Positions 20,088 through 28,339 of a DNA stretch of 64,000 bases are shown piece after piece; the stretch's first letter is position 1, and each line of letters opens with the position of its first letter. The position numbers were made by a program, and so were the translations under genes. The notes under the pieces were generated by a model, which was not told the DNA's origin, did no database searches, and saw only the letters and a program-made list of their open reading frames with translations. Source of the stretch: Patescibacteria group bacterium (lineage in GTDB: Bacteria; Patescibacteriota; Minisyncoccia; Phycocordibacterales; UBA918). Location of the stretch: positions 5,406-69,405 of the forward strand of contig JBBTRC010000008.1 of assembly GCA_038065355.1 (NCBI GenBank), given 5' to 3'.

Positions 20088-20408
20088 ATGATGCTAGGAA
20101 CATCGAAAATTGACCGTATAAAAAAGCGCCTCGAGGCGTCAGAGGACGACATCATTTTGGCCGAGGTGTTCAAACTGCTCGGCGACCGGACTCGCTACCG
20201 TATTGTAAAGATCCTCACTGAGGAAGGCGAAATGTGCGTCGGCGACCTCGCGTCCATTCTCGACGCCTCGATGTCGGCCGTCTCGCAACATCTGCGAGTA
20301 CTGGAGATGTCTGGCATTGTCGCTGGCCGGCGGATGGGCCAAATGATGTGCTACAAACCGCTTTTCCGTCACCCGAAGGTGAAGGCAATTATTAAACTAA
20401 TGAAATAA
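20088..20408 (+). CDS. ArsR/SmtB-family metalloregulatory HTH transcriptional regulator
   Basis: Winged HTH with LGDRTRYRIVKILTEEGEMCVGDLASILDASMSAVSQHLRVLEMSGIV. Confidence 0.8.
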   Translation: MMLGTSKIDRIKKRLEASEDDIILAEVFKLLGDRTRYRIVKILTEEGEMCVGDLASILDASMSAVSQHLRVLEMSGIVAGRRMGQMMCYKPLFRHPKVKAIIKLMK

Positions 20409-20413
20409 CACTT

Positions 20414-20653
20414 ATGAAAACAGTTCACATCTACTCATCACCCACTTGCCACTTCTGCCATATGACAAAAAGTTTCTTTCAAGCACACAATGTTGAGTTC
20501 ACCGATCACGACGTCGCTACCGACCCAAACGCCATTAAAGAGGCAGTCGCAAAGTCGGGCCAAATGGGCGTACCGGTCATTGATATTGATGGACAGATCG
20601 TTGTTGGTTTTAACGAACCAGAACTGCGAAGATTATTAGACATTAAGGACTAA
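20414..20653 (+). CDS. Glutaredoxin-like protein (NrdH/YruB-type)
   Basis: 79 aa. CHFC active site at the N-terminus (YSSPTCHFCHMTK) and a GVPVIDIDG motif. Confidence 0.75.
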   Translation: MKTVHIYSSPTCHFCHMTKSFFQAHNVEFTDHDVATDPNAIKEAVAKSGQMGVPVIDIDGQIVVGFNEPELRRLLDIKD

Positions 20654-20660
20654 TACGACT

Positions 20661-21164
20661 ATGAAATTTTCAGTGCCAATTATTATTGGAGTCATTGTGC
20701 TGGTGCTTGGCATCGGCTATCTGGCCACCAACTCACCCAGCCAAGCGCCGGTCACAACCGCGACACCAGAAAAAACAGTGGCGCCAGAATCAAGCCCGAT
20801 TGAATCTCCACCTGTCACCGAAAGCACGACGCCGGGAGACGTTGCGTCGGTGACGGCACGAGGTACCTATACCCCTTATGATGCAGAAAAGATTGCCGCC
20901 AGCACGGCCGATCATATTCTCCTTTTCTTCCACGCCACCTGGTGTCCAAGCTGTCGCGCCTTGGAGGCTGATATTGTCGCAAAGGCCGCGACTATCCCTG
21001 CCGGCGTCGAAATATACAAAGTAGACTACGACACCGCGACCGCCCTCAAGCGAAAATACGGCATCACCACCCAGCACTCGATTGTTGAGATTGATGCAAG
21101 TGGGAACGCCAAGAGTAAAGTAACTCATCCGCTGACGCTCGCCGGCGTACTCGCCACCATCTAA
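20661..21164 (+). CDS. Membrane-anchored thioredoxin-family protein
   Basis: N-terminal TM and WCPSCRAL CxxC thioredoxin motif. Confidence 0.65.
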   Translation: MKFSVPIIIGVIVLVLGIGYLATNSPSQAPVTTATPEKTVAPESSPIESPPVTESTTPGDVASVTARGTYTPYDAEKIAASTADHILLFFHATWCPSCRALEADIVAKAATIPAGVEIYKVDYDTATALKRKYGITTQHSIVEIDASGNAKSKVTHPLTLAGVLATI

Positions 21165-21166
21165 AT

Positions 21167-22852
21167 ATGACACTGTTCCTTGTATCATTCATCGCCGGAG
21201 TCCTCACTGTGCTGGCTCCGTGTATTCTGCCGCTCCTGCCGGTTGTGATAGGCAGTAGTGTGGGGGCACGCAGTAAAGCAACGCCGTACATTGTGATCGG
21301 TTCACTCGCGGTGTCGATCCTGCTTTTCACCTATCTTCTCAAAGCTTCAGCGGCGCTCATAGATATTCCGCAGTATGTGTGGGGCTACATCTCTGGCGGC
21401 ATCTTGCTGGTGTTTGGTCTCATTCTCATTTTTCCGCAATTATGGGAGCGTCTGCCGTTTATGGCCAAAACGAGCGCCAGTGCCAATAAGCTTGTGGGAG
21501 CTGGTTATCAAAAGAAAAGCGTCTGGGGTGATGTGCTCATTGGCGCCGCTTTGGGGCCAGTCTTCTCATCCTGCAGTCCGACGTATTTTGTGATTCTGGC
21601 CACGGTCCTGCCGGCGAGCTTTCTCTTGGGCACTGCCTACCTCTTGGCGTACATTGCCGGTCTCGTCTTGGTGCTCATACTGATCGCCATCCTCGGACAG
21701 CGTCTCACGAACAAACTTCAAATCATGGCCGACAGCCACGGCATAGTGAAGCGCGCTATCGGACTTCTATTTCTCATTGTCGGTCTCTTCATAGTGACCG
21801 GCTATGATAAGAAATTTGAAACGTGGATACTCGACCAAGGCTACAACAGCGGCATACTCCAGATTGAACAGCGACTCCTTGACCGCGTCGACACACCGAG
21901 CGAAACGTCGGTCAATAACACAAACACCGTGAACAAAAAAGACACTGATCAAAACAAGCAACCGAGCATCAGAGTACCCGCTCCACTGACACGAAATTTT
22001 CCCGACACAGATTTCAGCCAGGCCGACCCGCGACTAGAGGGTGCAATCTCAGGCGGCCCAGCCAAAGATGGGATTCCGGCCATCGACTCCCCGAAGTTCG
22101 TGCCGCTCGCGGAATTCAACCGTCCCGACAGCGTACAAGCTATTGTGCTTATCGGCGAACAAGAAACCAAAGTCTATCCATACAATATCCTCACCTGGCA
22201 CGAGATCGTGAACGACGAAATCGACGGCACGCCAGTCGCCATTACCTTCTGCCCGCTCTGCGGTAGCGCCGTCGTGTACAACCGCACTCTCCCAGACGGC
22301 ACAGTGAGTACCTTTGGCGTGAGTGGCTCCCTACTTGAGAGCAATATGATCATGTATGACCGAGCCACCGAAAATCTCTGGCAGCAAAGCACCGGCCAGG
22401 CGCTCGCTGGTTCTTTCTACCCGGCTGAACTCACTCGCGAATCATTCCAGCTCCTCACCCTTGGTGAAGTGAGAAGTGAGCACCAGAAGGCCGTGGTTTT
22501 AAGTGAAAACACCGGCCACTTCCGCGACTACGCCCGCAACCCGTACGCCGGCTACGAGACCGACGATAATTTTGTATTTAATCCAAGCAACCTCGACACT
22601 TCGTTTCCGCCGAAGACCATCATGGCCGTCTTTCGTGCCAACGACACTACCTTCGCGACACCGTGGCTGAAGCTTCGTGAAGTTGGTTCGGCTACCCAAA
22701 CTTCAGGCGGCATCACTTACACCCTCACCGTCACAGACAATGGCGAGCTCACCATCACCGACGTATCCGGCACTACTTACCCTTTCTACTTCGAGATGTG
22801 GTTTAGCGTTGCCGTACAACACAAAGAAGAGCTTCAGGTTATTCAACCATAA
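21167..22852 (+). CDS. Fusion of CcdA/DsbD-like transmembrane thiol-disulfide transporter domain with C-terminal DUF3179 domain
   Basis: The N-terminal ~240 aa are polytopic with the CcdA-type LAPCILPLLPVVIG motif. The C-terminal ~300 aa are soluble with DUF3179-like conserved Trp/Cys pattern (FCPLCGSAVVYNR). Confidence 0.55.
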   Translation: MTLFLVSFIAGVLTVLAPCILPLLPVVIGSSVGARSKATPYIVIGSLAVSILLFTYLLKASAALIDIPQYVWGYISGGILLVFGLILIFPQLWERLPFMAKTSASANKLVGAGYQKKSVWGDVLIGAALGPVFSSCSPTYFVILATVLPASFLLGTAYLLAYIAGLVLVLILIAILGQRLTNKLQIMADSHGIVKRAIGLLFLIVGLFIVTGYDKKFETWILDQGYNSGILQIEQRLLDRVDTPSETSVNNTNTVNKKDTDQNKQPSIRVPAPLTRNFPDTDFSQADPRLEGAISGGPAKDGIPAIDSPKFVPLAEFNRPDSVQAIVLIGEQETKVYPYNILTWHEIVNDEIDGTPVAITFCPLCGSAVVYNRTLPDGTVSTFGVSGSLLESNMIMYDRATENLWQQSTGQALAGSFYPAELTRESFQLLTLGEVRSEHQKAVVLSENTGHFRDYARNPYAGYETDDNFVFNPSNLDTSFPPKTIMAVFRANDTTFATPWLKLREVGSATQTSGGITYTLTVTDNGELTITDVSGTTYPFYFEMWFSVAVQHKEELQVIQP

Positions 22853-22862
22853 CAAAACACAT

Positions 22863-22970
22863 ATGAACGAACCAAGCGAACCATTTGTCTGCGCGATGTG
22901 CAAAAAGATCCACACCAAAGAGAGCACGGCGTGTAGTGAATGGTGTGATGAGCCAGCCAAACAAAAATAA
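22863..22970 (+). CDS. Mini zinc-ribbon protein (35 aa, C-x2-C ... C-x3-C)
   Basis: ATG at 22863. FVCAMCKKIHTKESTACSEWCDE. Paralogous to the next small ORF. Confidence 0.3.
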   Translation: MNEPSEPFVCAMCKKIHTKESTACSEWCDEPAKQK

Positions 22971-22981
22971 TATCTAAGCCC

Positions 22982-23131
22982 ATGGAACAGAAAAAAGAAT
23001 CATATCAATGTCCGGTCTGTACGCTACACTACCCGACAGAGGGATTAGCCAAGTCCTGCGAAGCCTGGTGCTCAGCTCACAATAGTTGTAACTTAGACAT
23101 TATCCAACACGCGACTAAGCCGCTTAGCTAA
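22982..23131 (+). CDS. Mini zinc-ribbon protein (49 aa, C-x2-C ... C-x3-C), paralog of 22863..22970
   Basis: YQCPVCTLHYPTEGLAKSCEAWCSAHNSC. Shares the SCE.WC core with the upstream 35-aa ORF. Below the 60-aa ORF-track cutoff. Confidence 0.3.
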   Translation: MEQKKESYQCPVCTLHYPTEGLAKSCEAWCSAHNSCNLDIIQHATKPLS

Positions 23132-23174
23132 CTCGCCATTCCTAAAAGAACTAATTGAGACATTGTGTGAAATA

Positions 23175-23564
23175 TCACTGAAACGCTATCTCAAACTCAT
23201 ACATTCCCATTGAGCAGAGACCTTTGAGCGTTGTTCCGGCTTTTTGTGGCTGAAGTTCAATGTCCATCACACCCGACGGCGGCAGATTTTTTTGATAGTT
23301 CAGTGACGGGATGGTAAGCGCTGACGAACAATCAAAGGTCCCTGTCGTTTCTACACGAAGTGTCGTTGGGGTGTCAGCCTTGGCTTTTGAGAAACGTGGA
23401 AAGTATCCACCCTTGGCAGAGATTGAGACAATCTGTTTCCCGGCTTCGCTGGCCACGTTATCGACTGGTGGTGAATTGGCAGGTGCAGTTTTGTTTTGTG
23501 TCAGGATAAAGGCAGAGAGCACGAGCGCTCCACTAATAATGATCGCAATGATAGTTGGTTTCAT
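23175..23564 (-). CDS. Secreted hypothetical protein (signal peptide), last gene of the copper-efflux operon
   Basis: Signal peptide MKPTIIAIIISGALVLSAFIL. Its start lies 3 nt below the stop codon of the HMA-permease gene 23567..24586. Confidence 0.45.
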   Translation of the reverse strand: MKPTIIAIIISGALVLSAFILTQNKTAPANSPPVDNVASEAGKQIVSISAKGGYFPRFSKAKADTPTTLRVETTGTFDCSSALTIPSLNYQKNLPPSGVMDIELQPQKAGTTLKGLCSMGMYEFEIAFQ

Positions 23565-23566
23565 AA

Positions 23567-24586
23567 TTAGAAGCTAAATAACGAGGGGGTAATACCAGCG
23601 GCCACCAGGCCATAGTGGAGATTGAAGATACCGAAGAAGATCACGATAAGACCCGCAGTCTTGAAGAAGATACCAGAGCGTACCTTGGTGTGAATGGTGA
23701 GGGAGCTGAATGAAAGAAGCGCCAATACCGGCAGTGTGCCGAGCGCAAACACCAACATCGTGAGCGCACCCGGAAGGAAACTTCCTGTTGTGAGCGCGTA
23801 TATCTGCATGGATTGGGTAAAGCCACAAGGCAAGAAGAAAGTCGCCACGCCAAGTAATGTTGGTGTAAGAGTGTGGTTTACCTTCCTCAACTCTTGTACA
23901 TGGTCTCCGATAAATCGCGGCAAAGTCGGTTGGAGTTTTTTTGTCCACGGGAAGACATCGAGGAGATTAATACCAAGAATCAAGAGCACAACGGCAACAG
24001 TGATACTAAGCACAAACGTCCCTGCGATTCCAATTTTAAATACTGAACCAAGTGCACCAATGACTCCACCCAGTACAAAGAACGAGGCGAGGCGCCCGGC
24101 GTGGAAGAACAATTGTGGACGAATCTTATCGCCTTCTTTCGCGTAATTTGCAGACACAGAGAGCACCAGCCCTCCCACGACCGCCATACAGCTGGAGACA
24201 GAGGCGATCATACCGATAATGAAGGCGGTACTGTACGAGACATGGGAAGTAGTCACGAGATTCACAAGACCGAGCTTTTGGATGATGAGGAAGAACGCTA
24301 TAAACCCAAACGCTATAGGAATCGCCACACCAAACTCGTGCCACTTCGCGGTGTGTGTTTGTTTTTCCGGTGTCAGCGTATATCCGTGCGACTTTGTCAC
24401 CGATGTTAACTCGTGTGCAATCTCCTCAAGCGTTTTTTTGCCAAAGTCGCCGGTGATTTCTACATGGTTGTGTTTGAGTGAAGCTTTCGCCTGTGTGATG
24501 TGCGGTATGTCGGTGAGTTCTCCTTCAATAAGCATTGGACAGGAAGCACAGTGCATGCCGCTGACGTGGAGTGTGCATGTTTTCAT
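23567..24586 (-). CDS. Heavy-metal-associated (HMA) domain fused to a TauE/SafE-like polytopic permease
   Basis: N-terminal GMHCASCPMLIE HMA motif, then about 8 TM helices. Start lies 3 nt below the copA stop codon. Confidence 0.55.
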   Translation of the reverse strand: MKTCTLHVSGMHCASCPMLIEGELTDIPHITQAKASLKHNHVEITGDFGKKTLEEIAHELTSVTKSHGYTLTPEKQTHTAKWHEFGVAIPIAFGFIAFFLIIQKLGLVNLVTTSHVSYSTAFIIGMIASVSSCMAVVGGLVLSVSANYAKEGDKIRPQLFFHAGRLASFFVLGGVIGALGSVFKIGIAGTFVLSITVAVVLLILGINLLDVFPWTKKLQPTLPRFIGDHVQELRKVNHTLTPTLLGVATFFLPCGFTQSMQIYALTTGSFLPGALTMLVFALGTLPVLALLSFSSLTIHTKVRSGIFFKTAGLIVIFFGIFNLHYGLVAAGITPSLFSF

Positions 24587-24588
24587 AC

Positions 24589-26883
24589 TCAGAGTTTCTT
24601 AGCCTTAAGTCGAAGCGAGTTCCCGACCACCGACACACTGGAACTGGCCATCGCAAATCCGGCAAAAACAGGACTCAAAAGCCAGCCAAAAAACGGAAAG
24701 AAGATTCCGGCAGCTAGGGGAATTCCCACAATATTGTAGACGAAGGCAAAGAAGAGATTCTGTCTGATGCCCCGCATGGTGAGCTTGGAAAGCCGGATCG
24801 CTTTCACTAGCTTTCCGATATCTCCATTGAGGAGCGTGATGCCGGCCGTCTCGATGGCTACGTCCGTCCCCGTCCCCATTGCTATGCCGACATCTGCTCC
24901 GGCCAGTGCCGGCGCGTCATTTACACCGTCTCCTGCCATGGCGACGATGTGGCCGTTCTGTTGGAGTTTGCGGATGTGGGTCAACTTTTCCGATGGCAGC
25001 ACTTCGGCTACCACAACGTCAATTCCCACTTCTTTGGCGATTGCATCAGCCGTCTCTTTGTTGTCGCCCGTCAACATAGCCACCTCGATCCCGAGTGCAT
25101 GAAGATTCTTCACAGCGGCAACTGCCTCCGGCTTAATGGCATCAGCCACAAATACCGTTGCAAGAACGGCACTTGCAGATGCGAGAATCACCGGTGTCTT
25201 ACCCTCTGATGTTTCCGTGAGAATTGTTTTTTTGTCAAAGGCAAGATTCAAGTCAGCAATGAGTTTTAGATTGCCCGCAAAGTACTCTACCCCACCAATC
25301 ACTCCTTTCAGTCCTTTACCTTTTAAGATGGTAAAATTTTCGACTGGTTTTTCTTCGTAACCCTTTGCCTTTCCGTATTCAGTGATGGCATGCGCGATTG
25401 GGTGTTCTGATTTTCGTTCCAAAGACAAGAGGAGCGACCCGATTTCATCGTCCGAATGAGTGGAGTGGTTGTGCATACCGACAAGTTCTGGTTTGCCTTT
25501 CGTAATCGTACCGGTTTTATCGACTACTACAGTATCTACTTTGTGCAACTTTTCCAGTGTGGCTGCATCCTTTATCAGGATGCCTTCCTTGGCTCCTTTG
25601 CCGACACCCACAATGATGGCAGTTGGCGTAGCGAGCCCCAAGGCACAAGGACAGGCGATGACCAAGATACCCACAAAAGAAGTGAGTCCGTACGTGAGCG
25701 CTTGTGCAAAGCCGAGCGTTGCTGTGCCAAAGAGAAGCCAACCAGCGAGCGTTAAGAAAGCAAAAACCAGCACCGACGGGACAAACACGCTCGAGATCTT
25801 ATCAGCCAAGGCTTGTATTGGCGCTTTGCTTCCCTGTGCCTCTTCGACCATTTTAATGATGCTCGCGAGGAGCGTTTCTGAACCAACTTTGGTGGCTGTG
25901 AAGGTAAAAGTGCTGTTGGTATTAATAGTCCCTGCGACCACATGGTCACCAACAATTTTCTCAACCGGAATTGGTTCCCCAGTCACCATCGACTCATCAA
26001 CGAACGATGCTCCATCAACAATACTGCCGTCAACCGGAATCTTTGCTCCGGGTTTAATGACGACGCGGTCGCCATGGACTACCTGATTGATGGGGACTTC
26101 CATTTCGATTCCGTTCTTCAGCACTAGCGCTGTTTTGGCCTGGAGATTGAGAAGTGCTTCGATGGCATCGCCTGTTTTAATTTTAGATTTTGTCTCCAGA
26201 TACTTACCGAGCGCAATGAAGGTAATGACAACGATCGTAACGTCGTAGTACGAATCTTGCACATTCACATACTGCGAAAGCGGCATCTCAAGCGCGGTAA
26301 CGAGAAAACTGTAGAGATAGGCAACCGAAGTTCCAATTCCAATGAGACTGTCCATGTTTGCACTGCCATAGCGGAGAAAACGGTAGAAACCGAGTAGGTA
26401 AGGTTGCCCTACCACAAAGAGCACGTATGTAGCCATAAGCGGCATGAGGTGATGCACAAACTCAGATACCGTCTCTGACATTGGTGCCACGAGATCTAAT
26501 TCCGTAAAAATATCCCACCCCATCACCAAAATGCTAAAGAAGGCGAGTGGCAAAGCGCTAAATACTTTTGTCTTTAAGTCAGCGAGTTCAGCGAGCTTTT
26601 CTTTCTTTGTTTGGTTGAGTCCTAAATGCGCCGCATGTTCGTTGTCTGACATGCCCATTTCCGATGCAGTTGGCACAGCAAATGAGTACCCTAAAGGCTC
26701 AATCTTTTTAGACAAGTCGGTGATCTTGGCAACGGTCTCATCGTGATCAATTTTGGCGGATTCGGTGCCATAGTTTACTTCAACCGAAGCGACGCCGTCT
26801 GCTTTTTTAAGTGTTCGTTCAATGACACTGGCACAGGAGGCACAATGCATTCCTTTGATTTTGTAAGTATGAATTTTTCCCAT
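24589..26883 (-). CDS. copA: Copper-translocating P1B-type ATPase
   Basis: N-terminal HMA ([12 protein letters not shown]), CPC motif ([11 protein letters not shown]), DKTGTIT phosphorylation site and [10 protein letters not shown] hinge. Confidence 0.9.
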   Translation of the reverse strand: MGKIHTYKIKGMHCASCASVIERTLKKADGVASVEVNYGTESAKIDHDETVAKITDLSKKIEPLGYSFAVPTASEMGMSDNEHAAHLGLNQTKKEKLAELADLKTKVFSALPLAFFSILVMGWDIFTELDLVAPMSETVSEFVHHLMPLMATYVLFVVGQPYLLGFYRFLRYGSANMDSLIGIGTSVAYLYSFLVTALEMPLSQYVNVQDSYYDVTIVVITFIALGKYLETKSKIKTGDAIEALLNLQAKTALVLKNGIEMEVPINQVVHGDRVVIKPGAKIPVDGSIVDGASFVDESMVTGEPIPVEKIVGDHVVAGTINTNSTFTFTATKVGSETLLASIIKMVEEAQGSKAPIQALADKISSVFVPSVLVFAFLTLAGWLLFGTATLGFAQALTYGLTSFVGILVIACPCALGLATPTAIIVGVGKGAKEGILIKDAATLEKLHKVDTVVVDKTGTITKGKPELVGMHNHSTHSDDEIGSLLLSLERKSEHPIAHAITEYGKAKGYEEKPVENFTILKGKGLKGVIGGVEYFAGNLKLIADLNLAFDKKTILTETSEGKTPVILASASAVLATVFVADAIKPEAVAAVKNLHALGIEVAMLTGDNKETADAIAKEVGIDVVVAEVLPSEKLTHIRKLQQNGHIVAMAGDGVNDAPALAGADVGIAMGTGTDVAIETAGITLLNGDIGKLVKAIRLSKLTMRGIRQNLFFAFVYNIVGIPLAAGIFFPFFGWLLSPVFAGFAMASSSVSVVGNSLRLKAKKL

Positions 26884-26951
26884 ATATAACTAATGCTATC
26901 AGTAACAAGCGGAGTGTCAGACTATGACACACTCGCTGCCTCGCGACAGCA

Positions 26952-27377
26952 CTAGTACAGCTTGGGGTTGAGAATACCGTTTGAAAACGCTTCCTCTAAG
27001 AAATTGAATTGCGTCCTGTGTTTTTGTTTCCGTATTTTGAATCGTGTCGCGCCTCGGGGCGGAGAAAAGAAACCGAAAAAAGTAGCCAAGACGAGAGCGG
27101 AAGAAATTAGAAAAAGGAGCAGTGCCGAATCAGAAGTGAGCGTAACACCACTAAGAAAGCTTTGCGAGGCCGCAACCATTTCAAGCGGACTCATCAGACA
27201 AACAGAGATGCCGGGCATAAATGGACAGTCAGCCGTATCGCCACTCATATTCATCATGTGATGAGTGATACCCAGCGATCCTGCCACCAAAAGAGCCCCA
27301 ACGAGGAGTGCTAATGCGGAGTTGAGGTTGAATATCTTCATAGACGTTAATGAAATTGTATCATTTGCGAGCGACAA
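26952..27377 (-). CDS. Small membrane protein with His/Met/Cys-rich segment (possible Cu-binding)
   Basis: 141 aa. ITHHMMNMSGDTADCPFMPGISVCLM between TM segments. Confidence 0.35.
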   Translation of the reverse strand: MSLANDTISLTSMKIFNLNSALALLVGALLVAGSLGITHHMMNMSGDTADCPFMPGISVCLMSPLEMVAASQSFLSGVTLTSDSALLLFLISSALVLATFFGFFSPPRGATRFKIRKQKHRTQFNFLEEAFSNGILNPKLY

Positions 27378-27398
27378 ACGCTCACTTTTAATAACAGC

Positions 27399-28196
27399 TC
27401 ATTCTTTCTTTGTCTCAATTTTGAGTAGCAGCGGTGCGTGATCAGAAACTTCATCAGGCAAAACTTTGAATTCTTTCACTTCTATCTCTCTAGAAACAAA
27501 GATGTAGTCAGCGAATTTTTCAGGCTTTGTGTAGTAAGAAGTTCTGGTGGAAGTAACACCTGTTTCCTTGATGAGATTTCTTAGACCGGTATCTTCCAGG
27601 ATTTGAATACTTTGAGTATTTGGGAGAAGATTAAAATCTCCACACATCACAACGTTTCCTTGAAGGGTTTCAATGAATTCTTTTATCTTATTTGACTGAT
27701 TCAACCGATCTTCGGAGTCGCCTTTTCCCCCTCCACTCCAAAGTCCGTGGAAATTTATAACCGTCAGAGACGTGTCATTAAATTCTGTCGTGATGAACTG
27801 AATGTTACGGGCGTGATTCCCAACATCACCTTCGGGTATATAGCCCTTGTGTTTATGCACGAAAATTTCCCCCTCGACCTTCACTTCAATATTTTTCTTT
27901 ACAAGCATTAAAAGACCGTAATGATCGCCATGATGTGGTCTAAAGTATGGAGTAAAGTCAGATAGAAGCAAGGTGATTTCCTGAAGACCGTGGTCCATGA
28001 TTTCAGAGTGGTTGATCTCTTTGCCACCAGCTTTATAACCCTCCAAGTGGTTGTAGGGAGCAGACCAGATTTCCTGAAGACAAAAGATGTCGGTGTCGTT
28101 TTTGTGCTCCTTGAAAAAAGAAAGTAGTCCCTCCTTTCCTGCGCGGCCGCCCCACGTGTTTAAGCTAATAATTTTCACGCTTTGATTATATCGCAT
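27399..28196 (-). CDS. Endonuclease/exonuclease/phosphatase (EEP) family protein
   Basis: IISLNTWGG ... IFCLQEIW N-terminal EEP signature. C-terminal SDHAPL. Confidence 0.65.
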   Translation of the reverse strand: MRYNQSVKIISLNTWGGRAGKEGLLSFFKEHKNDTDIFCLQEIWSAPYNHLEGYKAGGKEINHSEIMDHGLQEITLLLSDFTPYFRPHHGDHYGLLMLVKKNIEVKVEGEIFVHKHKGYIPEGDVGNHARNIQFITTEFNDTSLTVINFHGLWSGGGKGDSEDRLNQSNKIKEFIETLQGNVVMCGDFNLLPNTQSIQILEDTGLRNLIKETGVTSTRTSYYTKPEKFADYIFVSREIEVKEFKVLPDEVSDHAPLLLKIETKKE

Positions 28197-28339
28197 TTAG
28201 CACAGAACCACTCTGGGCAGTTTTGCGCTTTCGCGCACGTCTCGTGCGCGATGACTTCACATTACTAGGCTGTCAGAACAAGGCTATTCTACCGAGAATG
28301 TTACAAATGTGACATGAGAAGGCTTTCGGCAAAATATCG

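Noticed and set aside
24767-26127. Multiple plus-strand ORFs (24767..25102, 25460..26086 etc.) antisense to copA
   Set aside because: Nested antisense ORFs in a high-confidence P-type ATPase gene. Their Ala/Pro/Ser/Thr-rich composition is typical of spurious frames.
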